64,000 nt of DNA, taken from assembly GCA_040755695.1 (NCBI GenBank), contig JBFMAK010000004.1, positions 34,112 through 98,111 on the forward strand, given 5' to 3'. The position numbers and the translations under genes are program-made. Below are positions 54,099 through 62,822 of the stretch, piece after piece (positions within the stretch are counted from its first letter, which is position 1; each line of letters opens with the position of its first letter). This DNA comes from Candidatus Iainarchaeum sp. GTDB taxonomy: Archaea > Iainarchaeota > Iainarchaeia > Iainarchaeales > 1-14-0-10-31-34. The notes under the pieces are model-generated. The model searched no databases. It worked only from the letters and a program-made list of their open reading frames with translations, and was not told the origin of the DNA.

Positions 54099-54569
54099 TC
54101 AATTGAAATAAGAATCGTATTTTCCTTCTTTCAGGGCTTTAATTGCTTTATCGGGTTTTACTCCGTCTACCGTGAGGCCTAAAGAGTAACAGGAGCCCAT
54201 GACTTCTGCTGCAGCGCTTTTCAGGCTTGAAGACTTCATTGAGTCAATCTTCATTTCAGCAACTTTAATGACCTGCTCTATTGAAATGTCTCCTACAATC
54301 TGCTCTTTAGGGTTAGGAGAACCTTTTGGCAGATTTAATTCTTTTTTTATGAGGGCGCTAGTGGGAGGGCTTCCTACTTTTATTGTGAAGTTTTTCTTTG
54401 AGTCAATTTCTATTGTGACTGGAATCTTTATTCCCTCGAAAGCCTTTGTCTTGGAGTTAATTTCAGCTACAATAGCCCCAATGTTTACTCCTAAAGGACC
54501 TAACGCTGGACCCAAAGGAGCTGCTGCTGTTGCTTTTCCTGCTTCAACCATTACTTTGACTTCAGGCAT
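54099..54569 (-). CDS. rpl11: 50S ribosomal protein L11
   Basis: VEAGKATAAAPLGPALGPLGVN and GSPPTSALIKKE. Confidence 0.97.
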   Translation of the reverse strand: MPEVKVMVEAGKATAAAPLGPALGPLGVNIGAIVAEINSKTKAFEGIKIPVTIEIDSKKNFTIKVGSPPTSALIKKELNLPKGSPNPKEQIVGDISIEQVIKVAEMKIDSMKSSSLKSAAAEVMGSCYSLGLTVDGVKPDKAIKALKEGKYDSYFN

Positions 54570-54595
54570 AAATTTTCCTCATTAAAAAATATAAT

Positions 54596-55045
54596 TCATT
54601 CTTTTAGAATTCTGATGTGCTCTGCCCTTATTGTCACAGGAATCTTTACTGCTGCCTCAAGCAATTCAACTGTGACTTCCTCTTTTGTTGGATTTACCCT
54701 GAGCACCCTTGCCTTTTCTCCCTTGAAAGGCCCAGTAATCAATTCTACTTTCATTCCTTCCTTTATGGACTTCATTAAAGGCTTTGCTTCAAGCAGGGAA
54801 GAAAGCTCTTCAATTTTTACTTGGCCTCCCACAATTCCCTTTCCTTTAATGTGAGGGGTATTGGCAATAGCCCTCCTTACTGTTAGCTCTGAGTCTGCCT
54901 CTATGAGCACGTATCCTTTAAGGCCTGGAATAACGCTCAAAGAATAAACGCTTAATCCTTCCTCTTTTACCTTGTTTGAAAGGATGTCAACAACCAAGGA
55001 CTCCTGGCCTACTGTTGTTCTAAGAGTAAAGATCATTAGTATCAT
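54596..55045 (-). CDS. spt5: Transcription elongation factor Spt5/NusG
   Basis: RTTVGQE, GYVLIEA and the KOW motif VELITGPFKGEKARV. Confidence 0.96.
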   Translation of the reverse strand: MILMIFTLRTTVGQESLVVDILSNKVKEEGLSVYSLSVIPGLKGYVLIEADSELTVRRAIANTPHIKGKGIVGGQVKIEELSSLLEAKPLMKSIKEGMKVELITGPFKGEKARVLRVNPTKEEVTVELLEAAVKIPVTIRAEHIRILKE

Positions 55046-55058
55046 TCCATTATAAAAA

Positions 55059-55244
55059 TCATATTTTCGGGAAGCCCATTGAAATAAAAGTAAAAATCAA
55101 TTTCATTATGTAACCAATTACTGCAACCAATAGTATGCCCAGACCTGTTGCCTTAATCATTACCATGAATTCTTCCCTGTCAGGCTTTCTGGCTACAGTG
55201 AAGATCCTCCTGCTTGACTCAATGAAAGGACTCAAATTAAACAT
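55059..55244 (-). CDS. secE: Protein translocase subunit SecE/Sec61-gamma
   Basis: RRIFTVARKPDREEF...GLGILLVAVIGY; position between ftsZ and spt5. Confidence 0.93.
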   Translation of the reverse strand: MFNLSPFIESSRRIFTVARKPDREEFMVMIKATGLGILLVAVIGYIMKLIFTFISMGFPKI

Positions 55245-55312
55245 TTTTTTCACCAAAAAAAAGATTTTCCTGCAATACAAATAAAAAACAATTCTTAATT
55301 ACGCCTTAAATT

Positions 55313-56464
55313 TCATCCAGTGAATTCAATCCCCAAATCAATTTCTCCTTCGTCATTATACAATTCCTTCAACTGCTTTGCTCCACTCCCTGAACCCAGG
55401 TAAGGGAATTTCCCTCCGGCAATTACAACCATTGCCTGGATCTGGTTCCTTGGAAGGTCTTCCTCTATCATTGCCCCCCAAATGATATGGGCGTTAGCAT
55501 TAATTTTAGAGCTTACTGCTTCCACAATCATTTCTGCCTCCCTTAAAGTCATGTCTGCGCCCCCAACAACATTCACTAAAGCCCTTGCAGCCTCACTTAT
55601 GTCTACATCCAGCAAAGGAGAAGTCAAAGCGTTCTCCACTGCCTCCAAAGCCCTTGAGTCAGTTGCTTTTTCTGCATGGCTTTCACCTAATCCAATCATT
55701 GCTGCACCGCCTTTATCCAGTATTGTCCTCAGGTCAGCGAAATCCAAATTGATCAGCCCAGGCTTTGTGACCATTTCAGTTATGCCTTTCACTGCATTTG
55801 TGAGCACTTCATCTGCAACCCTGAAAGCCGCAGTAACAGGCAGGTCAGGGGCAATCTCTAAAATTTTATCATTCGGGATAACAATTATAGTATCTGACTC
55901 CTTTCTCAATCTAGCCAATCCATCCAATGCGTTCTCCATTCTCTTCCTTCCTTCAACAGTAAAAGGCAGGGTGACAACAGAAATTGTTAAGGCTTTAGAT
56001 CCTTTTGCAATGTTTGCCACAATTGGTGAAGCCCCAGTCCCTGTGCCTCCGCCTAAACCGCAGGTAATGAAAACCAAATCAGAATCATTCAGTATCCCGG
56101 AAACATCTTCAATTGACTCCTGCGCTGCTGCCTCTCCAATAGAAGGATTGCTTCCTGAGCCTAATCCTTTAGTTAATTTTTTTCCTATAAGAAGCTTCTT
56201 TTCAGCCTGAACAGAGAGAAGGTCTTGAGCGTCAGTGTTCATTACAATTGTTTCAGCTCCATGAATTCCAATTTCACTCATCCTGTCAACAGTATTGCAG
56301 CCTCCGCCTCCAACACCCACAACCCTTATTTTTGCCCTGCTGGCTTCAAGCAATCTCACTAATTCTTCGTCTTGTTCCCCTTGAGGCAGCCTCTTTCCTT
56401 TAGGGCCTAATTTGCCTCCTTCAGACAAGGCTTTCCTTACTGCGCGCTCTACAACAGACTTCAA
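55313..56464 (-). CDS. ftsZ: Cell division protein FtsZ (FtsZ1-type gene context)
   Basis: GVGGGGCN, GLGGGTGTG and INLDFADL; ftsZ-secE-spt5-rpl11 synteny. Confidence 0.97.
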   Translation of the reverse strand: MKSVVERAVRKALSEGGKLGPKGKRLPQGEQDEELVRLLEASRAKIRVVGVGGGGCNTVDRMSEIGIHGAETIVMNTDAQDLLSVQAEKKLLIGKKLTKGLGSGSNPSIGEAAAQESIEDVSGILNDSDLVFITCGLGGGTGTGASPIVANIAKGSKALTISVVTLPFTVEGRKRMENALDGLARLRKESDTIIVIPNDKILEIAPDLPVTAAFRVADEVLTNAVKGITEMVTKPGLINLDFADLRTILDKGGAAMIGLGESHAEKATDSRALEAVENALTSPLLDVDISEAARALVNVVGGADMTLREAEMIVEAVSSKINANAHIIWGAMIEEDLPRNQIQAMVVIAGGKFPYLGSGSGAKQLKELYNDEGEIDLGIEFTG

Positions 56465-56595
56465 GACCTAAAACCTCCAATAAATTTATAAAAAGCAAAA
56501 CCATTAATAGTATTAAAACAAAAAATTTCCTGCAAAAAATCAATCATTTTGTTTTGTCACTGGAAAATAATTAAAAGGCAAAGGTAAAATTAATT

Positions 56596-57558
56596 ATGAA
56601 AAGAAAAGGATTAAAAGCTATTGCTCAAGCCATAAGGGATTTAAAAATACAGGGAGCCTCAAAAGTAAGGGAGAAGGCAGTCAAAGCAATAGCAGAAAGC
56701 GTAAAGCACACAGAAACAAAAGAAGTCCATGAATTCAAGAAAGAACTTAAAAGAAATCTTCTCCTCATACTGAACGCAAGGCCTACTGAACCAGAGCTCA
56801 GGACAGCAGTAAGAATAATTTTAAGGAAGGCACTGCACGAAACAGACTCCCTGAATGAACTCAAAGAACACATTTACAGGGCGTGCATGAACTACGAGAA
56901 AGAAAGAATAAAGGCAATGCAATTGATTGCACTATACGGCGCAAGGCTCATACCAAAAAATTCAATTGTTCTTACACACTGCCATTCAAACACAGTAGAA
57001 GAAATCCTTTTATTAGCACACAAGCAAAAGAAATTAAGGAAAGTATACTGCACTGAAACAAGGCCATTATTCCAAGGAAGAATTACTGCAAGAAACCTTG
57101 CAAGAAAAGGAATCAAAGTCATATTAATAGCGGACAACGCTGTCTTTTCCTTCATGAAAGAATGCGATTTATTTTTTACTGGAGCAGATGCAGTCCTTGC
57201 AGACGGTTCGGTAATAAACAAGATTGGCACAGCAGGCATTGCCTTAACAGCAAAAAAATTCTGTGTGCCTTACTACGCTGCAACCTCCTCCCATGCCTTT
57301 GACCCTCTTACTTTTTATGGAATAGAAGAAAAAATTGAAGAGAGAAATCCAAGCGAAGTATGGGACAAAAAATTGAAGAATTTAAGCATAAGGAATCCTG
57401 CCTTTGACAGGACTGAAGCAGAATTCATTGAAGGCATAATAACAGAAAAAGGCGTTCTAACACCGGAAAGCCTCTGCCAGCTGAAATACAAGGAACTCCA
57501 CCTCGACAAACAAAAAGAAGAATTTTTAGACATATACAGGACAATAAAGGAATTGTGA
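56596..57558 (+). CDS. Ribose-1,5-bisphosphate isomerase (eIF2B-like family)
   Basis: IQGA, ARPTEP, LTHCHS, TETRPLFQG, GADAV, NKIGT and NPAFDRT. Confidence 0.85.
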   Translation: MKRKGLKAIAQAIRDLKIQGASKVREKAVKAIAESVKHTETKEVHEFKKELKRNLLLILNARPTEPELRTAVRIILRKALHETDSLNELKEHIYRACMNYEKERIKAMQLIALYGARLIPKNSIVLTHCHSNTVEEILLLAHKQKKLRKVYCTETRPLFQGRITARNLARKGIKVILIADNAVFSFMKECDLFFTGADAVLADGSVINKIGTAGIALTAKKFCVPYYAATSSHAFDPLTFYGIEEKIEERNPSEVWDKKLKNLSIRNPAFDRTEAEFIEGIITEKGVLTPESLCQLKYKELHLDKQKEEFLDIYRTIKEL

Positions 57559-57562
57559 AATC

Positions 57563-57961
57563 ATGGACTACAAAAAATACAAATTTCATTTGACAATAGG
57601 GCTAATTTTACTTGTTGTAATAATATCGGCTGTTTTTATTTATTATTTGCCAACAAAAGAAAAAGAAGCATGTAACAAACTAGGGATTACTACAATGAGT
57701 ATGCTTCATGTTTCTAAATGCACAGATAATGAGGAAAAAGCTTATGTTAAAGTTGACACGCCTTATTGGACAAGAGAATATTATAATGAATCAGGAAATA
57801 TTATTCTAAAATGCGGTGAAACTTACGATGAGTACAGTTCCGCTGAGTACATGGACCAATGCACAAAATTTGAAAAAGCTCTCACATGCAATAAACGAAT
57901 GTGCTTCAATGAATTTGAATATTACATCAAATATTACTTATATTACTTTTTTAATTTTTGA
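57563..57961 (+). CDS. Small AT-rich exported Cys-containing hypothetical protein
   Basis: N-terminal TM helix; six Cys residues. Confidence 0.6.
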   Translation: MDYKKYKFHLTIGLILLVVIISAVFIYYLPTKEKEACNKLGITTMSMLHVSKCTDNEEKAYVKVDTPYWTREYYNESGNIILKCGETYDEYSSAEYMDQCTKFEKALTCNKRMCFNEFEYYIKYYLYYFFNF

Positions 57962-58539
57962 TGCAGTCAAGTGAGAACATGAAACAATTGTTTCCATCGT
58001 ACGCAAACCCCAATACTTGGCGGACAATTACAGCAGACCAAACCCGCAGGGAAGACTGGAAGCAAATTCGCCAGAAAATTCTTGAGCGTGATGATTATGC
58101 CTGTCAGTATTGCGGCTTCAAATCAGACAAATGGCAAATCGTGCACCACATTAACGGAAACCCAAATAACAATCGCCATTCAAACCTCATGGTTGTCTGC
58201 CAAATGTGCAACCTCATTGAACACGCGGGAATGGGTTGCGTATTGCAGGGTGTTGTTGACTTGTACAAAAAAGCGAAATACAGCCAAAACGAGATTGTCG
58301 CAAAGACTAGGGAACTGCGAGCGTCTGGAAAGACCGATGCTGAAATAATCCGGGAACTTGGCCTTGAGGAAAAAATGGAATTCAGGCAGGATTGGGCTTA
58401 TCTCAAACCACTTTTCGGTTTCGTAACCTCACGAAAGGCGACCGATGAAAAGACAAACATTGCCTTGGCATACCAGTATCAAGCGGCCAGAAATCCGGCC
58501 AGCCAAGGTCAGCAGCAGCGGAGTTTGGGTGAGTTTTAA
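57961..58539 (+). CDS. HNH endonuclease
   Basis: ERDDYACQYCG, VHHINGNPNNN and NLMVVCQMCNLIEH. Confidence 0.87.
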   Translation: MQSSENMKQLFPSYANPNTWRTITADQTRREDWKQIRQKILERDDYACQYCGFKSDKWQIVHHINGNPNNNRHSNLMVVCQMCNLIEHAGMGCVLQGVVDLYKKAKYSQNEIVAKTRELRASGKTDAEIIRELGLEEKMEFRQDWAYLKPLFGFVTSRKATDEKTNIALAYQYQAARNPASQGQQQRSLGEF

Positions 58540-58573
58540 CCTCAAAAGACCATAGGTCGTTATATTTATATAT

Positions 58574-58590
58574 TAGTTGTTTAACAACTA
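58574..58590. promoter_or_regulatory. Perfect palindrome, putative autoregulatory operator
   Basis: TAGTTGTT-T-AACAACTA between a TTTATATA TATA-like box and ATG 58596. Confidence 0.6.
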
Positions 58591-58595
58591 TAATC

Positions 58596-59240
58596 ATGTT
58601 GGAGTTGACTGAAAAGCGTTTGGTTTCCATTTTGTGGATGCTGAAAAACAAGGGGAAAAAATGGAGCATTCACGAGCTGAGCAAAGGCTCTGTCGGATTG
58701 TCATATAGACCAACATTTAGTTTTGTCAAAGAGCTCGAGAACAAAGGTTTTATAGAAAAAGACCCAAAGACCGCAGAATATGGTGTTACAAGGGTTGTTG
58801 ATTTGGTTAGATTTGTTTCGCTTGCAAGGCCTGTTGGAAGCTTGAAAACGCTTAATTTTCATTCGCCGCTTGAATTTTCTAAAACCCTGAAAATGGTTCA
58901 AGAATCAAAATTGCCACTTGCTTTCACTGTTTTTGCGGGAAGCGAGCTTTACAGGCAATACGTGAAAACAGACCAAGTACACGCTTACATAAAAAAAAGG
59001 GAGGAAGAAAAGTGGGGCAAATACCTGCTTTCAAAAAACTGCCTGAAAGCCCAAAAAAGCCAGGCAAATTTATTCTTGATTCCAACAGAACAAGGGGCTT
59101 TTTTCAAGGACGCCACAAAAGTGAGAGGCTATTCCATTGCGCCAGCGCCAATTCTTTTGAGCGATCTCTTGAGCTTCGGCGGCTTGGCTGAAGAACAGGC
59201 AAGCTTTCTGATGGAAGAATGGCTTAACAACAGGCTGTGA
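58596..59240 (+). CDS. wHTH plus AbiEi_2-like antitoxin/regulator
   Basis: N-terminal wHTH; C-terminal PILLSDLLSFGGLAEEQASFL resembles AbiEi_2/DUF2186. Confidence 0.7.
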   Translation: MLELTEKRLVSILWMLKNKGKKWSIHELSKGSVGLSYRPTFSFVKELENKGFIEKDPKTAEYGVTRVVDLVRFVSLARPVGSLKTLNFHSPLEFSKTLKMVQESKLPLAFTVFAGSELYRQYVKTDQVHAYIKKREEEKWGKYLLSKNCLKAQKSQANLFLIPTEQGAFFKDATKVRGYSIAPAPILLSDLLSFGGLAEEQASFLMEEWLNNRL

Positions 59241-59247
59241 TTCTCAA

Positions 59248-59991
59248 ATGGAAAAACTGATGATTGAAAAGTCAGACGAATTCCTGTATACTTTCTTTAA
59301 GAACCTTGGAAAGACCGAGATTGATGAAATTGGCTTGATGGGTGGCTGGGCAGTGCATTACACTCTCAAAAACAAGGATGTTGTTCACATTGGTTCAAGA
59401 GACATTGACATTTTCTTTGACCCTGCAAAAATAAATCCAAAAGCCATTGAAGAAAAACTCAAAAGTATGGGTTTTCATCCACACTCCACTTTCCGCTGGG
59501 TAAAAATATTCCATAGCGAAACGGGAAAAGAGCTTGGCTTGGAAGAAAGCAAAAAACACCCAATCCACAATCTTTCATACGTCTACTTTGACATTACCAC
59601 GCCAAACAAAATAGGGCACTCAATGCCAGAGCCATTGCTCAAAAAGGTTTTCAAGAAAGAAAAAGAACACGTAAAAATCAAAGACATTCACGTAATGGTT
59701 CCTTCTCCCAAAATACTGATTGAAATGAAGCTGACGTCTATTCCTGGACGAAGCGATGCTTTCAAAAGAACAAAAGACATAGCAGACCTTTACGCTCTGC
59801 TGGAAAACAATCTTGGCTTGTGGGTTGTGAAAAAAGGCCAAAGAGTAAAAACAAAGGGTTTGGACAAAAAACTTGCAAAAGGATTCAAGGAAAAGCTTGA
59901 AAGATTCAAAATAGACGGCACAATTGCAGCGTCAGCCACAATGCTGAAAATAGGGCAAACCACGCTTACGGATTTGTTGGAAAAAATTTGA
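59248..59991 (+). CDS. Nucleotidyltransferase (AbiEii-like toxin)
   Basis: LMGGWAV, SRDIDIF and KRTKDIADLYALL. Confidence 0.78.
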   Translation: MEKLMIEKSDEFLYTFFKNLGKTEIDEIGLMGGWAVHYTLKNKDVVHIGSRDIDIFFDPAKINPKAIEEKLKSMGFHPHSTFRWVKIFHSETGKELGLEESKKHPIHNLSYVYFDITTPNKIGHSMPEPLLKKVFKKEKEHVKIKDIHVMVPSPKILIEMKLTSIPGRSDAFKRTKDIADLYALLENNLGLWVVKKGQRVKTKGLDKKLAKGFKEKLERFKIDGTIAASATMLKIGQTTLTDLLEKI

Positions 59992-60206
59992 GGCTATGTG
60001 ACTAACTTCAGCGGTTAATAAACCATTGTCATATACCCCAAAACTCGCCAAGAATTCGGGGGGTTACGTTACAGCGCAACTCTATTTAAATGGCCAGAAT
60101 TTTTTCTTGGTCAGCGCACAAAATTTAACCCATTCGCCGCATGAACGCTTCTGTGTTGGCGCATTTTGCTTAGGGAGTGTGGTAAATCTATAACCTGTGT
60201 TGATGT

Positions 60207-62156
60207 TCAGCTGATTGTAATTGTGCCTGTCATTAAAGGGTGGACGCCGCAGTGAAAGCTGAATGAACCGTTCTTGTCTGCAACGAATTGAACTGCTGTA
60301 GTGACATTAAAAGGAAGCTCTGTGTTGATGTTGAAGTCTGGAATTACAATGCTATGGTTTGCGTCCAATGATGTAATATTCAATTTCACTGTGTCATTCA
60401 GGCTCACTGAAAAAGAATTTGGAACAAAACCAGCGTTAGTGTCAGCGTTCACGTCAAATGTTCTGAGCTGTCCTGCGTAAACGTGCAGGCACTGGGCAGT
60501 GCATAAACCTGCATTGCTGCATGAATCTGTGGTCAAAGAATTGGAGTCATCGCACTGGGAATTAGAAGTGCACGCAGGAGTAATACATGAATCATTACAG
60601 CACAACTGGTTTGCATCGCATGGACTGTCTTCATCGCATTCACTTTCAGGCAGTTCAGGCTCCTTTAATGTAATAACTTTTATTACAGGGCTCATGATCC
60701 ATTGGCTTCCTGCCTTGTGAACTGACTCTGGCTTGAAATCCAAGAGAAGGTCAGTTTCCTTGTTTGCGTCAATAATGAATTGATGCACTAGCTTTATTTT
60801 ATCGCTTGGCACCTTAACTTCAGCTGTATTGTTTCCGTCAAAGCCTACTGTTGCGCTGTCCACTGAAAGCCTTATCTGGGTGTAATGGCCTGATTCAAGG
60901 GTTTTTGTTCCGAGCAATTCCTGCACATTAGCCAATTTCATTAAATCAAAGGTCGCAGAATAGTTTGCGTCAGTGAAATCAAACCATTTGCCGCCCTCAG
61001 TTTTGTGAACCTCAATCTTTGAGATAGTTATATTAAGGGAAGTGAAATCTTCGCTGTTATTGTTTCCATCATCGTTTTCTTTAGGGGAGTCCTTCAAGTA
61101 AATCTTCAGGTCACCGAAGCCCGGAGTAATGTAGCCTTCTGTTTTGCCATCTTTATCCCCTTTACCGTCATCTTCTTCCTCTCCATCATCATCTTCTTTT
61201 TCTGTTTTTACTACGAATTCAATGTTTTTGTCTGTAAGATAGGTTCGAACTATATGGTAAGGCTGCGTCAAAGCCAAGGTTACTACCTCATCTGGCCCTG
61301 GAGAGCTCTCTTCCACGAACACCCTGATTGAATTCCCCTGCTCTCTTAAGTCATCTATCTCAATTGAATAGCCTCCGGTGCTCTGCTCTCCCATGAAAAC
61401 AGCAATAACCATTTCTTTGCTGAAGTCAACTGAAGGAAGCTCTGGTGCTGGGCTCACGCCTTCTTTTACCTTGCTCCACGCTGCCTGCCAAGCGCTGTTG
61501 TCTTTTACAACCAAATTTTCTGCTGTCTTGTAACCGCTATTATAACCCTTTTCAATTGTCTCGAAGTCTATTTCCTTGCCGTGCTCTTCCTCATCCTTCT
61601 GCTCCTGCTCTTGCTCGTCTTCATGCTCTTTTTCTGACTCAATCTTTATTACAGGCTTCACGATGAATTTGTCCGCTGCTTTCTTTAACGAAGCAGGACT
61701 GAAGTCAATTACCAAAGTCACAGTCTTGTTTTCATCAATAGTGAATTCTCTAACCAGCTTTATTTTATCTCCTGGAACCATTACACTGAAGGTATTGTCG
61801 TCAATTACTGCCTCAACTTTTGTTACATCAAACCTTATTTGGGTATAATGGCCTGCTTCCAGCTGGCTCTGGCCAATTATTTCCTGTACATTAGACAACT
61901 TCATTAAATCAAAAGTTTTCTCCCCTTGGAAGAAAGTAATCCATTTGCCTCCCTCTGTCTTGTGCACCTCAATATTTGATATAGTGACATTCAGCGAGGT
62001 AAGACCAGGGATCGTCATTTCATTGGCATCAGTAATCTTTAAGACTAAAGTGCCGTAACCTGAAGGGATAATTCCTCCTGGCGGCTGCTGAGTGCAGCCA
62101 AACAACACAATTGAAAAAACTAACAGCAAAGCAATTAAACCAAACTTCCTATTCAT
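60207..62156 (-). CDS. Modular surface lipoprotein: DUF4382-like x2, PrcB-C-like domain, Cys-rich segment, cupredoxin
   Basis: VLFGC lipobox; two homologous EVHKTEGGKW...GHYTQIR...DKIKLV domains; VDFSKEMVIAVFMGEQSTGGYSIEI; C-terminal NHS...FHCGVHPLMTG. Confidence 0.8.
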   Translation of the reverse strand: MNRKFGLIALLLVFSIVLFGCTQQPPGGIIPSGYGTLVLKITDANEMTIPGLTSLNVTISNIEVHKTEGGKWITFFQGEKTFDLMKLSNVQEIIGQSQLEAGHYTQIRFDVTKVEAVIDDNTFSVMVPGDKIKLVREFTIDENKTVTLVIDFSPASLKKAADKFIVKPVIKIESEKEHEDEQEQEQKDEEEHGKEIDFETIEKGYNSGYKTAENLVVKDNSAWQAAWSKVKEGVSPAPELPSVDFSKEMVIAVFMGEQSTGGYSIEIDDLREQGNSIRVFVEESSPGPDEVVTLALTQPYHIVRTYLTDKNIEFVVKTEKEDDDGEEEDDGKGDKDGKTEGYITPGFGDLKIYLKDSPKENDDGNNNSEDFTSLNITISKIEVHKTEGGKWFDFTDANYSATFDLMKLANVQELLGTKTLESGHYTQIRLSVDSATVGFDGNNTAEVKVPSDKIKLVHQFIIDANKETDLLLDFKPESVHKAGSQWIMSPVIKVITLKEPELPESECDEDSPCDANQLCCNDSCITPACTSNSQCDDSNSLTTDSCSNAGLCTAQCLHVYAGQLRTFDVNADTNAGFVPNSFSVSLNDTVKLNITSLDANHSIVIPDFNINTELPFNVTTAVQFVADKNGSFSFHCGVHPLMTGTITIS

Positions 62157-62291
62157 CTCCTCTCCTCCTATTAAATTAATTCAATGAATCAATGTAATGC
62201 GCAGATAAAATTAAAAAAAGAGGCATTCGGGAAGGCAAAAAAATTAAAAAAAGCAATTAATTTAAATTCGTTATTCTACATAAAATACTTT

Positions 62292-62631
62292 GGCGGGTAG
62301 GACAAGGCCAGCTGACGGTTCCTTAAGTGGAGCTGAGGAAAGTCCGTCCATCCAAACTTTTTGAAAAAAGTTTGATCAAAACAAACTTTTAAGAAAAGTT
62401 TGATCAAAAAACACTTGAAAAGGTGGCTCTCGGAACAGAAACGAAACCATTCAAGGATTACAATGAATGAAAAAAGAGGTTCTTTGAATATAGTTTCAAG
62501 CTTTGCTTGAAATTTTTCAAAGCTTTGCTTTGAAATAGGATGAAACGGCTGAGAGCAGATGCAAGCCTTCAATGGCGCTCAGGTGAATGCTGGATAAAAA
62601 CAAAAGACGGCTTACTCTGTCCTGCTCCGCC
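62292..62631 (+). ncRNA. rnpB: RNase P RNA
   Basis: P1 GGGTAGGACA/TGTCCTGCTC; P2 CCAGC/GCTGG; conserved GAGGAAAGTCC, ACAGAAA, GATGAAACG, GAATGC and ACAAAAGACGGCTTA; P4 AAGTCCG/CGGCTT. Confidence 0.9.
62353..62409 (+). repeat. Tandem family D hairpins inside the RNase P RNA
   Basis: CAAACTTTT-TGAA-AAAAGTTTG-ATCAAAA followed by CAAACTTTT-AAG-AAAAGTTTG-ATCAAAA. Confidence 0.88.
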
Positions 62632-62770
62632 CTTTTCTTTTAAAAAAAGAAAAGTGCAGGTTGCCCAAAAGAAAAGAAGCGGCAAGTTGCTGGAAGAAAA
62701 GAAAAAAAGCGACAGGCTGTCGGAAAGAAAGAAAATTAACGGGTTGCCTCAAAAGAAAAAAGAAAGGGGT
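62629..62770 (+). repeat. Dispersed repeat family B, expanded copy 3' of the RNase P RNA
   Basis: CTTTTCTTTT-AAA-AAAAGAAAAG hairpin, then four purine-tract/mini-hairpin units (TGCAGGTTGCCC, CGGCAAGTTGCTG, CGACAGGCTGTCG, ACGGGTTGCCT). Confidence 0.8.
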
Positions 62771-62822
62771 TAGGGGCAATAAATTTAACTATTTCTTGTA
62801 ATAAATTGTGATAGGTAAAATT

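Noticed and set aside
59992-60206. Possible integron attC site or IS end after the TA pair
   Set aside because: No matching RYYYAAC/GTTRRRY pair with proper internal symmetry, no terminal inverted repeat pair, and no integrase or transposase.
1738-61848. Numerous antisense and nested ORFs in the six-frame track
   Set aside because: They are shadows of well-supported genes on the opposite strand or in another frame, with S/F/L-rich composition typical of antisense translation.
62629-62770. Possible CRISPR array
   Set aside because: The units have a period of about 27 nt with no invariant repeat, spacers are low-complexity purine tracts, and there are no cas genes.
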